Assembly: GCA_963514005.1 (NCBI GenBank)
Contig: OY740800.1
Location: forward strand, 29,450,001 to 29,514,000
DNA from: Raja brachyura
Lineage: Eukaryota
Length of the DNA stretch: 64,000 nucleotides
Reading direction: 5' to 3'
Shown here: piece by piece, positions 1 to 11,983 of the stretch
Position numbering within the stretch: the first letter of the stretch is position 1
Layout: each line of letters begins with the position of its first letter
The notes under the pieces: model-generated
The model's database searches: none
The model's input: only the letters and a program-made list of their open reading frames with translations
What the model was told of the DNA's origin: nothing
Made by a program: the position numbers and the translations under genes

Positions 1-1091
1 AGAATGAACCGCCGGCCAATGAATTTTGAGACATTTGTTTGAACTTGAGCAGATAGGATTTGTCTAAACACTTCAGAATACATAATGCTACTACCATCAG
101 CAGTTGTATCATCAATAACGATAAGTGAGCCAGTACCTTCAGCACCATACATGCCCAAGCCATGACACTCCCAAAACTGTGTTTTACAGATGAGGTGGTA
201 TGGTTTGGATCTTGGGCAGTTCCTTCTCTCCTCCATACTTTGCTCTTACCATCACTCTGATATGTTAATCTTGTCTCATCTGTCCACAAGACCTTTTCCA
301 GAACTTTGGTTGCTTTTTTAAGTACTTCTTGGCAAACTGTAACCTGGCCATCCTATTTTTGCAGCTAACCAGTGGTTTGCATCTTTCACTGTAGCCTCTG
401 TATTTCTGTTCATGACGACTTCTGCGACAGTGGTCATTGACAAATCCACACCTGACTCCTGAAGAGTGTTTCTGATCTGTCGGACAGGTGTTTGGGAATC
501 TTTCTTTAGTATAGAGAGAATTCTTCTGTCATTAGCTGTGGAGGTCTTCCTTGGCCTGCCAGTCCCTTTGCGATTAGTAAGCTCACCAGTGCTCTCTTTC
601 TTCTTAATGATGTTCCAAACAGTTGATGTTGGTAAGCCTAAGGTTTGGCTGATGTCTCTAACAGTTTTATTCTAGTTTCTCAGTCTCATAATGGCTTCTT
701 TGACTTTCATTGGCACAACTTTGATCCTCATGTTGATAAACAGCAATGAAAGCTTCCAAATGTGATGGAAAGACTGGAGGAAAGACTAGGTGCTGAGAGC
801 TCTCTTATACCTGCATTAAGGAGGCAATTAAGCACACCTGAGCAATTACAAACACCTGCGAAGTCATGTGTGCCAAACATTATGGTGCCCTGAAATGGGG
901 GGGACTATGTATAAACACAGCTGTAATTTCTTCATGGTGAAACCAAAATGTATTAAAATGGCCTTTAATAAAATCTGACAATGTGCACTTTAACCACATG
1001 TGATTTTTTTAATAACAAATCTCAAATTGTGGAGTACAGAGAAATAAATAAATGATGGGTTTTTGTCCCAAACATTATGGAGGGCAAGGTA
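1..1091 (-). mobile_element. Tc1-like DNA transposon, 5' part (degenerate transposase plus terminal IR); continues off the window
   Basis: Minus strand reads ..SDGKSKVWRREGTAQDPNHTTSSVKH..SVMAWACM.., typical of Tc1 transposase, with stops and frameshifts. ATG region is about 710-731. The terminal region has CCAAACATTATGG at both 873-885 and 1068-1080 (IR/DR layout). Confidence 0.85.
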
Positions 1092-1257
1092 CATCTTGCC
1101 AATTTACATTCCACCACTCCCCCCGCTCTCATTCATCACCCCTAACCACCCACCTCTGTCACCCTGCCGCCCTTCACCCTCTCCCCCAACCAACCATCTG
1201 GTTCCCTTTCAGTCCCATTCATCTGTCCCCAAACCCATCCACCTCCTAAGGCAGGAA

Positions 1258-1585
1258 ACAACATAGAAACATAGAAAAATAGGTGCAGGAGTAGGCCATT
1301 CGGCCCTTCGAGCCTGCACCGCCATTCAATGTGATCATGGCTGATCATCCAATTCAGTATCCCGTACCTGCCTTCTCTCCATACCCCCTGATCCCTTTAG
1401 CCACAAGTGCCACATCTAATGCCCTCTTAAATATAGCCAATGAACTGGCCTCAACTACCTTCTGTGGCAGAGAATTCCAGAGACTCACCACTCTCTGTGT
1501 AAAGAATGTTTTCCTCATCTCGGTCCTAAAGGAATTCCCCCTTATCCTTAGACTGTGACCCCTTGTTCTGGACTCCCTCAACATT
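1258..1585 (-). mobile_element. CR1/HER1 LINE 3' end
   Basis: ORF2 C-terminus RGHSLRIRG..FFTQRVVSLWNSLPQKVVEA.. on minus, followed by the 3' hairpin and (CTATGTTT)n tail. Confidence 0.9.
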
Positions 1586-1897
1586 TGGCTAGTCCTATAA
1601 TTAGTCAGCATGTAACTCGATGAGAAGCAAAGCTGTTCTTGCAACTTGCCGCTTGATCACTTGTCCAAACACTACTTTCAATTTGACACTCCCCCCCCCC
1701 CCCACCATCTCTTCAGCCGAGAACGGTCACCACTACACATACACGAGACTGTGCAGGATCTGGGGCAGGGAGGCAGGGACTCTAACCTCACTAAACTAAA
1801 AAGAGGGTGCAGTCAAGGATACAAGTGAAGAGGAAGGCATTAGAGAGAAAGGTGAAGGTTAGCAAGAATGATGAAGCAGAGCGACAGCCATACGTAC

Positions 1898-1948
1898 CAC
1901 CCAGATGCAAGTCGAGGATTTCACTGTAACTAGACTCTCCCCAATAGT
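1898..1948 (-). CDS. MICAL3: MICAL3-like 51-nt cassette exon in bMERB region (DYWGESSYSEILDLHLG), phase 1-1
   Basis: ttattatag|AC TAT TGG GGA GAG..CTG GGT G|gtacgt. Resembles the DYWGE..DLHLG alternative segment recalled from vertebrate MICAL3. In frame with exon 4455-4548. Confidence 0.85.
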
Positions 1949-2398
1949 CTATAATAAGATTAGAAAGAGTTACTGTACAATGCCAGGCAACACGCAGTAC
2001 AAATCATGCACACACATGTGCTCCTCAAGAGGTGAACACAACCCAAACTCTCGGTCAGAACCTTGCACTGGGAATGAGGTAGCACGCTGCAGTCTAGTCC
2101 TGCAAGGTGTTGCCATGCAGACCAGGTGCTCCGTCGCTTCTGATGGGACTGCAACTTAGGTGCAGGGTGCCTCATGTGCAGGCTCACGTTCAATGGTGGT
2201 TTTGTTGACAGATAAGCCCCTTGGGTGCAGGTGCTCACTGAGTACCCGTTCACTCACTTGCTTCTGATGGAAAAATGGCTAGCCCCTTGAGCAACTTGAT
2301 TGGACGGAAAGTGTGCGGCAATGGAGACAGTCAATGACAGTTTGTCAAAGTTGGACAGGCCCACCCAGAAACCTACTGATCCTCAGACACCCAATGCC

Positions 2399-2807
2399 CA
2401 AAGATCCTATAGCAAGCAAGATAGATCATTCGACGAAAAAGACGTTGTACGGTCATGGGCAGATTCATGGGAGATTTTGGGCCCCATTTCCGTAACCAGC
2501 TTCCGTCTCCGCACCAAAGATCCCATAGTGGAGCAAAGAAAACTAGTGCGGAGACGGAAGCCGGTTACGGAAACATCCTCGTACAAATAAAAGTAATTTG
2601 GTAAAAATCTTCTGCTCATTTTCAGAATTTTAATTTATTAACACAAACTGTTCCCCAGCAACGTTGATTACACTGCGAGTCGGGTCACGGAGTTTTGGTT
2701 ACGGAAACGGATGAAAAAAAGGCCCACGTTCCGTTCCGTTGCGTACTACACGTCAGCCCATTACATTTAGCAGGAGTGGTCTATCTTGCTCCGCTATGGG
2801 ATCTTTG
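2399..2807. mobile_element. Non-autonomous hAT-type DNA transposon (MITE)
   Basis: Imperfect TIRs of about 33 bp (CAAAGATCCTATAGC..AAGATAGATCATTC / GAGTGGTCTATCTTGCTCCGCTATGGGATCTTTG). Perfect 8-bp TSD CCAATGCC at 2391-2398 and 2808-2815. Confidence 0.85.
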
Positions 2808-4454
2808 CCAATGCCCACAGCTCAGGTAATGGCAGAGCGTTGGCTAGGTACAAGAGAGCCGACAGTGATAGATAGGAGTGGCTGTGGAGATGCCCTTTAA
2901 CATCTAGCAAATGGCCAGGGCCGTCAATGAGTCCCAGCTTAGCTTATTCCAGCACCATCGAGGAGGTGAAAGGAGGTGTAACCTCCTCTGGTATCAGTGC
3001 AATCGATGCAGTTAGTGTTAGGAGAGGTCAGGCAGATGCAGTAAGTTGTCTGACAGTAGGTACGCTCAGTGGAGTACAGCAGGAAAACCAAGCTTCTTTG
3101 AGAAAAGGAATTTTTAAAAAAGCAAGGAAAAAAAAACTCCCCACAAAAGTTAAATATTGCTCACTTGTACAGGAAAACCCACACTGCTCTAGTTGAGGAT
3201 ATTGGACACCAGTTGGTTAGGAAACCAGTGTGCTGGGATCAAGGTTACTGTCAGCAGCAGGTTTGAGAGTTCTGCAATGTTTAGGAGTTCTGAAGCACGG
3301 CTGGTGAAGATCTCCGAGCAGCTGGAGTCAGCAGAACCCCAGGTGGACTGGATCCGAAGGGATGGGTCAAAGAGGTTGGAACTCAACACTCCGCTGCTCA
3401 CGTTTGGAGCACTGACCATTAGAGTTGTGGACTCAGCTGGCAAGAACAGCATTCAGTCCGCACCCCCAACTGTGAGTGTAGTAGAACCACTGCTGCACTT
3501 CTGCTGAGCTGCTTCCTCAGTGCTGTTGCTCCAGGATTTAGGTCCAACGTTGATGAAGGGATGGTGATAGGATGGTGCGTGAGGGGAACCTGGACTGGAA
3601 TGGGCTACATTCTGTGGTTCTACGATTCACTCTGGGGGAGAGAAGGAGAGCCGGGATCAAGAAACGATTAAACCCCCCACATATGGAATGAGTCACAATG
3701 ATCCCGGAAGGACAGTGATCGACATCTGGAGGAAATGCAAAGGTCTGTGACTGACCCAGAGTAGGAGAGTGGATGACCATTCACCCAACATCCCCACCCT
3801 GCCCCAGATGGTGAGAATGACTCCGAAAGACCCACATGTTACCTGTAGAGTGAAGAGGTCAACCTGGTCAAGAGTTCTGTCATTCACTCATGTAGCTGGC
3901 AGTGGGAAGGTTAGTAAATTACTCCTTGCTGCGAGCAAGTGAACCAAGGCACATCTGTAAATGACTCTGAAAGTAGGACTGTTACTAAATTTGGAAATAA
4001 TGGAGTGATTCTCATCAGGACTGAGATTAATCCTAGAGAGAGTGATCTGGGAAAGACGGATTAATCCCAGAGTGAGTGATCCCAGGAACATCAAAGTTGG
4101 AGTACTCACGGATGTAGAGAGGAAGGACAGTTGATATGAGGCACCAACCTACAGCATTTTATCTCAACAAAGGAAGAGATTGGAGCTACCACTCCTTGCT
4201 CATGGGAACTCCCTTTGCCCATGCCACCCTTATACGCCGTGGATGGAACAAGTGACTCCATTGAACTAGTGACCGACTCTGACTGGAGACAAGTGAACAA
4301 CCGAGGGGGTTCAGCCAGTGGCCGAGGGCAAGAGGCCGACCTTCTCAGCAACCCACCCTCAGACGCAAGCTTTGCTGGGCCTCCATGGGAAACTGCCGCT
4401 GGACTGCCCTGTGTTCTAGCTGCACAGGCCATGATGGAAACAGGGTGGAGTTAC

Positions 4455-4548
4455 CTGCTTCTCCCCGGAGAGCCTTCTCCACGGCCACACCTCGCTCCTC
4501 CAGCTGCCGCTGCTTCTCCTCCACCTGCTCCAGCTGCCGCTGAATGAT
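4455..4548 (-). CDS. MICAL3: MICAL3-like exon, bMERB coiled coil (IIQRQLEQVEEKQRQLEERGVAVEKALRGEA), phase 0-1
   Basis: cttacag|ATC ATT CAG..GAA GCA G|gtaact. Near-identical to the MICAL3 C-terminal domain. Confidence 0.95.
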
Positions 4549-4814
4549 CTGTAAGAGCAGGAGTTTACTCAGGTCAGTTGACATGATGGTGCAGTGGAAA
4601 CCTCACCCCACATGAGAGAAGAGAGCTGCGCGTAAGAGCAATGTGTCTGAAGGCACAGTCACAGCCAATCTGTTACCCCATCTGGCACAGAACCAAAGAA
4701 CCTGTTACCCTCTCTGGAGGTGATCAATAGATCCCATTACTCCCCCATGACGAACTATTACCTGTCTCACGGTCATTATTAAATCCCATTATTCTTGGTC
4801 ATTGAATTGATTTA

Positions 4815-6260
4815 GAATAGAGACAGGCAGAGTTCTGGATACAAAGGGAATAAAGTGAAATGGCAAGAGTACAGGAAAGTAGCAGTGGGAGAAAATCAAC
4901 CATGATCCCGATAAATGGCGGAGCAGGCTCGAGAGGCCAAAGCTTCCTGTTTCTTATGTTCTGATGAATCAACCCATAACCCTCTTAGCCAGTGTGCTGT
5001 GGAAACTGCTAACCCTCAGTGTAGGGTTCCCGACAGGCCCTGCCGCTGTGGACTGGGAATTTAATAGGAATCAGAGGAATAACTTTTTTACACAAAGGGT
5101 GTTGGAACAAGCTGCCAGAAGAGGTGTTGAGGCTGGGACTATCCCAACATTTAAGAAACAGTTAGACAGGTACATGGATAGGGCAGGTTTGGAGGGATGT
5201 GGACCAAACGCAGGCAGGTGGGACTAGTGTAGCTGGGACATGTTGGCCGGTGTGGACAAGTTGGGCCGAAGGACCTATTTCTACACTGTGTCATTCTATG
5301 GCTCTAAGTAAGATTTCCAAGTTTTCCTTTGATACGTAAATGTGGAAGGGCCTGTTGTAGTGAGGACATTAAAATTCTGCAACATGATAAAGACTGAGTG
5401 TTTGGGGAATAAAGCTGGCAAATGGAGTTTAACATGTGGAAGTGTAAGGTCATACAGATTATTATCAAAATGGAGAGAAACTTCAAATGAGTTAACTTCA
5501 GAGGAATCCAGCTGTTCTGGATCACGGATCACAAAATGTTAGCAATGTCCAATAAGCAGATAAGAAGGCAAACATAATTTTGGCCTTACAAAATGGGAGG
5601 GGGGGCCTTGCATAGAACACAAAGTGCTGGAGTAACTCAGCGGGTTAGGTAGCATTTCTGGAGGACATGGATAGGTGACATTTTGGGTCTGGTCGGGGGC
5701 TTTTCCAGTTGCACAGGGTATTAGTGTGCTCACACCTGGAATATTGTGCACAATTTTAGTTCCCTTACTTAAAATAAAATAGTTGCATTCTCAACAGTTC
5801 AAATGCGATTCACCTAGCTAATTCTTGGGGTGAGGGGATTGTCCTAATTCTTGGGGTGAGGGGATATCAAGAGATATTGGATAGTTTGGGTGTGTATTCC
5901 TTGAGGTTTAGAAGAATGAGGGGTCTTCTTCATTCATACAAGATCACAAGGAGGTTTGATAGGTTAGATGTTGAAATGTTTTCACTTGGGTCTAGTCATG
6001 AACAAGGGGACATTGTTACAAAATAAAACTAAGGTGCGTGGAAACATGTCAGAAGGTAGTGAATCTGCTCATGAGAGAGGTGGTGGCCAGATCACTAGAA
6101 ATATTACAGGCGGAGAATGATAAATATTTGAACTATCGATGAATCAAAGGTTATGGGGATTGGCACAGAGGAGAAGCTGTGACCAGGGTCGATCAGCCAT
6201 GATCATATTGACTGGCCGGGCAGGCTTGAGGCACCTCGGCTCCTTATTTTAGTGTTGATT
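4815..6260 (+). mobile_element. Cluster of degenerate CR1 LINE 3' fragments (at least 3 pieces), interrupted by a Penelope-derived short element at about 5613-5695
   Basis: NFFTQRV-like remnants and GGCCGAAGG hairpin tails. A short tandem duplication CTAATTCTTGGGGTGAGGGG lies at about 5818-5863. Confidence 0.75.
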
Positions 6261-6664
6261 GTTCCCTTTGGGACGTGTAGCAGAGAACTCATTTGTCCTC
6301 TCCGCATATGTACCACACATTGTAACGCCATCATTTGGCAGATTATGACTGTGCCTATTACCCTATGAGGGCAGTGTACTAAATACCCATCATCACTCAG
6401 GACTGTCTACCATAAAACCTGCTTGTAAAGTTTGTATTTTAGGCGCATGTGGGGTATTTTGCATGTAAATGATGCCAACTGATAGCTGGTTTCCTGAAAT
6501 AGAGAGACAAGATAGATGAAGGTGTGGGCTGGTCTGAGAAGGAATCCTTTTAAGAGAAGGATTTTGTTTCTGCCCATTCATTTGGGGATATTAGCTTTGC
6601 TTTCTACACAGAATCTTTCTTCCCCATGACTCAGACTGGTGGGACCAAGCCCCCAGTTGCCAAC

Positions 6665-6772
6665 CTGTGCTCTGTGTAACCTCTTCAGCTCTTCCTGCTT
6701 GGCTTGTCTTCGGGCTGCCTTCTGTACCCTCCGAGTCAGTTTGGAGTTGAGCTCCTCTTCACTGTAGGGTTT
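6665..6772 (-). CDS. MICAL3: MICAL3-like exon (KPYSEEELNSKLTRRVQKAARRQAKQEELKRLHRAQ), phase 0-0
   Basis: tctcttctttcag|AAA CCC TAC..GCA CAG|gttggc. Highly conserved MICAL3 motif, missed by the ORF track. Confidence 0.95.
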
Positions 6773-7679
6773 CTGAAAGAAGAGAGCCCAGTTTTTTATT
6801 TTTGCTCATCAAAATGTCCTCAGTGAATGTCCTTTCCAGTGAAGCAAGGAACAAACACCAGGCGTGACTAGTGCACTCAGTAATAGGTACAGTGGGAGTG
6901 GATCATTCAGACAAAGTATGCCGCAGGATCTGCAGTGACTATTAGATCACACCACTGAATCTACTGCAGGGTTGAACGCAGAAAACAAATCCACCAAATG
7001 CACTGGAAGAACACACAAGGACAGAGCAAACTACAGTATCCATGAAGACACAAAGAGGATCTGCATCTACCTGCAGGAGGCCACAGACAGAGAAACCACT
7101 GTTCAAATCTGCTTTGCAAAAGCTGGGGAACACCAAGTCACACATGCGGATCGAAGCATAGATCAAAGCATAGATCTAATTGTACAGTTTGAACAGCAAT
7201 ACTTGGGTAGATTCATCAGCTGTTTCTCCACATTATGATTGGCCAATGAGGCAGGGATGGCAATGAAAGGTTGCTACCACACGTTGGTTGTTTGGCTTAT
7301 TTTCATTACTTCCTTAATGCCTTGACAGTAGGTGCACACTACAACTCTTCGAATCTCAGTAAGATCACCTTTAATTTTCTATGCGCAAAGAGCACTGTGA
7401 GTTAATTCCACATGGATATTCAAATATCCCTTTACTCTCCTCCACCACGGATAATGGGGAGAACCAGCTCAAAATAGTGGAAGTGGAATGATTCCTGAAA
7501 ATGGGAACAACGGGAAAACTGTACCCACTTAAGCCTCCAAGTTCCCATTTACAATAGCACTGTGTGGGTGAATAGGAAGGGTTTTATTCTCTGTACTTTC
7601 TAATACTTCATTATATGTGAATCACGGTTTCCCAGGCCACTGCAAATGTCTTCATTTAATGAATATCAGTTCCATCAAT

Positions 7680-9742
7680 TCCAAGAGCAGAGAGAGAAAA
7701 ATAGATGGGCAGAGGGGGTGGGGTGGTTCTGCTCGTAAGGAATTAAATTCAGTCCACAGCAAGGGGTGACATAGGATCAGAAGATGCATAATCCTTGTGG
7801 GTAGAGCAAAGAAAATGCAAGGGTGAAAAACCCTGATGGGAGTTATCTACAGGCATTCGAACTATAGCCAGGATGCAGGGTACAAATCAGGAGATACAAT
7901 CAGCATGTAAGAAAGGCAGTGTTACAGTGGCCATATGGGGATTTCAATATGCAGGGAGACTGGGAAAATCAGGTTGGTTCTGGATCCCAAGAGAAGGAAT
8001 TTGTAGAATGCCAACGAGATGGGTTCTTAAAGCAGCTTGTAGTCAAGCCTACTTGGGAAAAGGCAATTCTGGATTTGGTATTGAGTAATGAACTGGAGGT
8101 TATTGTAGAGCTTAAGGTACACAAGAGCTTATGGTCACTACCTAGAAGGTAGATTGTAGAGCTTATGGTCACTACCTAGAAGGTAGTGACCATAATATAA
8201 GATATTTGAGAGGAAGAAGATAAAATCAGATGTGTCGGTATTATAGTAAAGGTGACTACAGAGACAGGAGGGAGGAGCTGGCTAAAGTTGATTGGAAAGG
8301 GACCCAGGCAGGAATGACGGGGGAGTGGCAATGGCAGCTGTCTCTGGGAATAATTTGGAAGAATCAGAATCTTTTCATCCCAAAGAGGAAGAAAGATTCT
8401 CAGGGGAGAATGAGGTGACTGTGGCTGACAAGGGAAGTCAATGACAACATAAAACTAAAATAGAAGGCATATAATGCTGCAAAGATTAGTGGGAGGCTAG
8501 AGGATTGGGCAGCTTTTAAAAACCAACAGAAGGTAATTAAAAAGGCAATACAGGGAGACAAAATGAAATAAGAAGGAAAGCTAGCCAATAATATAAAGAA
8601 GATAGCAAATGTCTCTTCAGATATATAAAGAGTAAGAGAGGCAAGAATGGATATTGGACCGCTGGAAAACAACTTGGGAGAAGTGATAATGGGGAATAAA
8701 GAAATAGCAGATGAATTTAGCAGAAGAAATAGCAGACGTTTTTTGCAACAGTCTTCAAAGAGGAGGACACCAGCAACGTGCCTGAAATAAAGAAAGTCAC
8801 GGGGCAGAGGTTAGTGGAGTGACTATTACTAAGGAGAATGTGCTTGGGAAGCTGAAAGGTCTGAAAGTGGATAAGTCACCTGCACCAGATGGACTACACC
8901 CCAGGGTTATGAAAGAGGTAGCTTTAGAGACTGCGGAGGCATTAGTAGTGATCTTTCAAGAATCACTTGAGACAGGTTCCAGATGATTGGAAAATTGCAA
9001 ATGTTACTCCACTATTCAAGTAGGGAGCAAAGCAAAAGAGGGAAAACTATTGGCCGGTCAGTCTGACTTCTGTGGTTGGTAAAATTTTAGCATCTGTTAT
9101 AAACGATGAGCTTTCTGAGTACTCAGAAGCAAATGATAAAATAGGCCAAAGTCAGCGTGGTTTTGTGAAGGGAACGTCTTGCCTGACAAATCTGTTGGAA
9201 TTCTTTGAGGAAGTAAATAGCAGGATAGACAAAGGAGAGTCAGTGGATGTTGTTTACGTCAGAAGGCATTTGATAAGATGCTGCGCATGAGGCTGCTAAT
9301 GAAGATGAGTGCCCAGAGTATTAAAGGGAAGATACTAGCATGGATAGAAGGTTGAAATACGTAATTGAAATGTTCCTAATAGTGAAAGGCCTAGATAGAG
9401 TGGATATGGAGAGCACGTTTCCATTAGTGGGAGAGTCTAGGATAAGAGGGAATAACCTCAGACTAAAAGCACGTACCATTGGGAAGGAGAGGAGGAGGAA
9501 TTTCTTTGGATAGAGGGTGGTGAATCTGTGGAATTCATTGTCACAGACGGCTGTGAAGGGCAAGTGATTGGGTATTTTTTTGGTGGAGATTGACAGATTC
9601 TTGATTAGTAAGGGTGTTAAAGTTGATTGGGAAAAGGCAGGAGAACAGGGTTGAGAGGGAAAGATAGATCAGCCAAGATTGAACAGCAGAGTAGACTCAA
9701 TGAGCTGAATGGCCTAATTCTGCTCATATGACATGAACTTAT
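7680..9742 (+). mobile_element. CR1 LINE ORF2 remnant (endonuclease plus partial RT, internal deletion, 3' end)
   Basis: Motifs GDFN, AILDLVLSNE, KSP.PDGLHPRV.KEVA and SCLTNLLEFFEEV, then a jump to the C-terminal VVNLWNSL and 3' UTR. Many stops. Confidence 0.9.
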
Positions 9743-9744
9743 TG

Positions 9745-11465
9745 CAGTTGGTAACTGTGTAAAACAGGCGTATTGCAGGAAGTTCAGGGGAAGTAGAAAA
9801 GGAAATGGAGAGCAAATGGAGAGCGCAAGAAAAGATTGGCAGCATATGTAAACGAGAATTGATAAATCTTCAACAGGCTTGAGTTATATGAGGGGGTAGC
9901 TGGTGCAGGTCAAAGATCAGAAAACAAGCCGACTCATTGGGGCACAAGATATGGCTGAGGTGCTAAAAACTTTATGTCAGGGTTCACCATGGTTAAATAT
10001 GTTGCTGAAGTTGTCACACAGAATGAAGTTATTGAAATTCTGGACAGGCTCAAAATTGACAACAAGGAGGTAATGGAAAGGCTGGTTGACCGGAATGGAG
10101 AAATCACCTGGAACAGATGGAATGCATCCTAGGTTACTTAAGGAAATAAAGGAGGAAATTGCAGAAATCCTAGCCATAATCATCCCGACATCCATAGATT
10201 CATGCCAGTAACTATACATCTGTTATTTTAACCTCGGTAATCGGAAAAGTCAAAAAAATATTAAGCTGGGAGAGAATTATCAGTCATTTGGACATGTGGA
10301 TTGATTAGAAAAAGTCGGCATAAATTTGTTAAAATCAAATTATGTCCAATTAACTTGCTATAGTTTTTCATGAAGCAACAGAGATTGTAGCAACAGAGAT
10401 TGTCGATGAGGAAAGTGGGATTGATGAAGTATGTAGGGACGTCTAAAAGGAATTTGTTAAGTGTCACCAAATAAGCTTGTTAACAAGATTATGGGACACG
10501 GAAAAAGTGGCTATAGCAGCATGGATAAATAAATGGTAAAGCAAATGCAGATGGAGAGGCAGTGAAAAGGGTTTCTCCAGACTGGGTGGAAGTGTAGTGT
10601 GGAGTTCTCCAGCAGCCCATTCCAGAACCATGGCATTTATGTTTATATATTAACAACAGGTGTACAGGAACAATTTCATACTTGCAGATGACACAAAACA
10701 CAAAAAATGTAACGAACTGCGAGAGGTTTTGTAACAGACTTGAAAGAGCTGTAGGCAGATGGTGGAATGGACAGATCAATGACAGATGACATGTAATACT
10801 GTGAGAGATGAAGTATTACAGTTTGTGGGATGAGAAAATGGAATATAAACTGAAAGGCTCGAATCAAAAATGGGTACAAGAGAGAGATCTGTGGGTATAT
10901 GTGCTGCTTAGTTGGTTGAAAGTGGCAGGTCGGATTAAGAAAGCAGTTGCAAAAAGGAAACGGGATTTTGAACTTTATAACTAGAGGCAAGGAATTCAAT
11001 GAAATATAATACAGAGAAATGTGAAGTGCTACATTCTATTGGGAGGATGAGAAGGAGGAATATAAAGTCAAGGGCACTTTTATCAACACTGATTCGGGAT
11101 ACTGTGTCAGTTCGGGGCCCAAGCTTTAAGGAGTGATGTGAAAGGCTGAGAAAGAGAAACAAGGGTTGTCCCTCTTGAAACAAAGGAGCTGGTGAGGATG
11201 TCTGATTGAAGTATTTGGAACTGAATTTGGAATTGATAGCGCAGGGTGACAGGAATTGTTGTCGTAAGAACTGGTGTCATAGAAAAAAGGTGCTTGGTAA
11301 AAGAACCAAAAATGATGCGAGGAAATTATGTTTTTCCACATCAAGTGGTTGGGTCTGGAATGGACCACCAGACACAGTAGTAGGGGCAAAATCAATTGTA
11401 GCTTGCAAAAGGCAGCAAGTAAATGCCGGAGAGAATTTACAGGGCTATTGGGAGAGGGTAGTGCA
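9745..11465 (+). mobile_element. Older, highly degenerate CR1 LINE fragment
   Basis: KSPGTDGMHPRLLKEIKEEIAE and FADDT-like remnants. Confidence 0.7.
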
Positions 11466-11467
11466 GT

Positions 11468-11983
11468 GGGTCGCCGCGCCCTTGCCTGGGTCGCCGCGCT
11501 GGAACTCCGGTGAGCTGGGACCGCCCGAGACAAACATCGCGGAGCCGCGGGTCTGTGGAGCGGCCGGCGGCGCTGAACTTTAACATCGGGAGCCAGTGGG
11601 GGAGCTCCATTCAGCGCGGCCTTGTCGGCTCTGGAAGCCATGGACTCCAGCAGGAAGCGGCCGTTCCGGGTGTTCCAAGCCGCTGAGAGGACTCTCCCGA
11701 CGCCGGAGCACCATCACCCGGCGAGAACGGCCTGGAACATCGGGCCTCCGTGAAGGCGACTGCGGAGGCCTCAATAGCCCTGACTATGGGTGGACATGGG
11801 TTGGGGACTGGACATTGTGCCTTCCCTCATAATGGGAACCATTGTGGGGGGATGTTTTTATGTTTAAATCTCTTTATTAGTGTTGTGTCTGTATTCTTTA
11901 TTTTATGTGCTGCATGGCAAGAAGCATTTCACTACACCAATTGGTGTACGTGACCAATAAACTCATCTTGAATCTTGATCTTG
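11468..11983 (+). mobile_element. CpG-rich non-autonomous retroposon with Rex1/Babar-like 3' tail
   Basis: GC/CpG-rich body, then AAGCATTTCACTACACCAATTGGTGTACGTGACCAATAAA and a (CTTGAAT)-type tail. Interrupts a CR1 3' end. Confidence 0.6.

Noticed and set aside
3040-3140. Strong pyrimidine tract with aaag| acceptor on minus
   Set aside because: No phase-compatible donor before an in-frame TGA.
7680-9742. Intact or domesticated reverse transcriptase
   Set aside because: Many stops and frameshifts and the catalytic RT core is deleted; all other LINE/PLE copies are also broken.
11126-11832. Arg/Pro-rich ORFs
   Set aside because: They span a CR1 / GC-rich retroposon junction with no domain signature.
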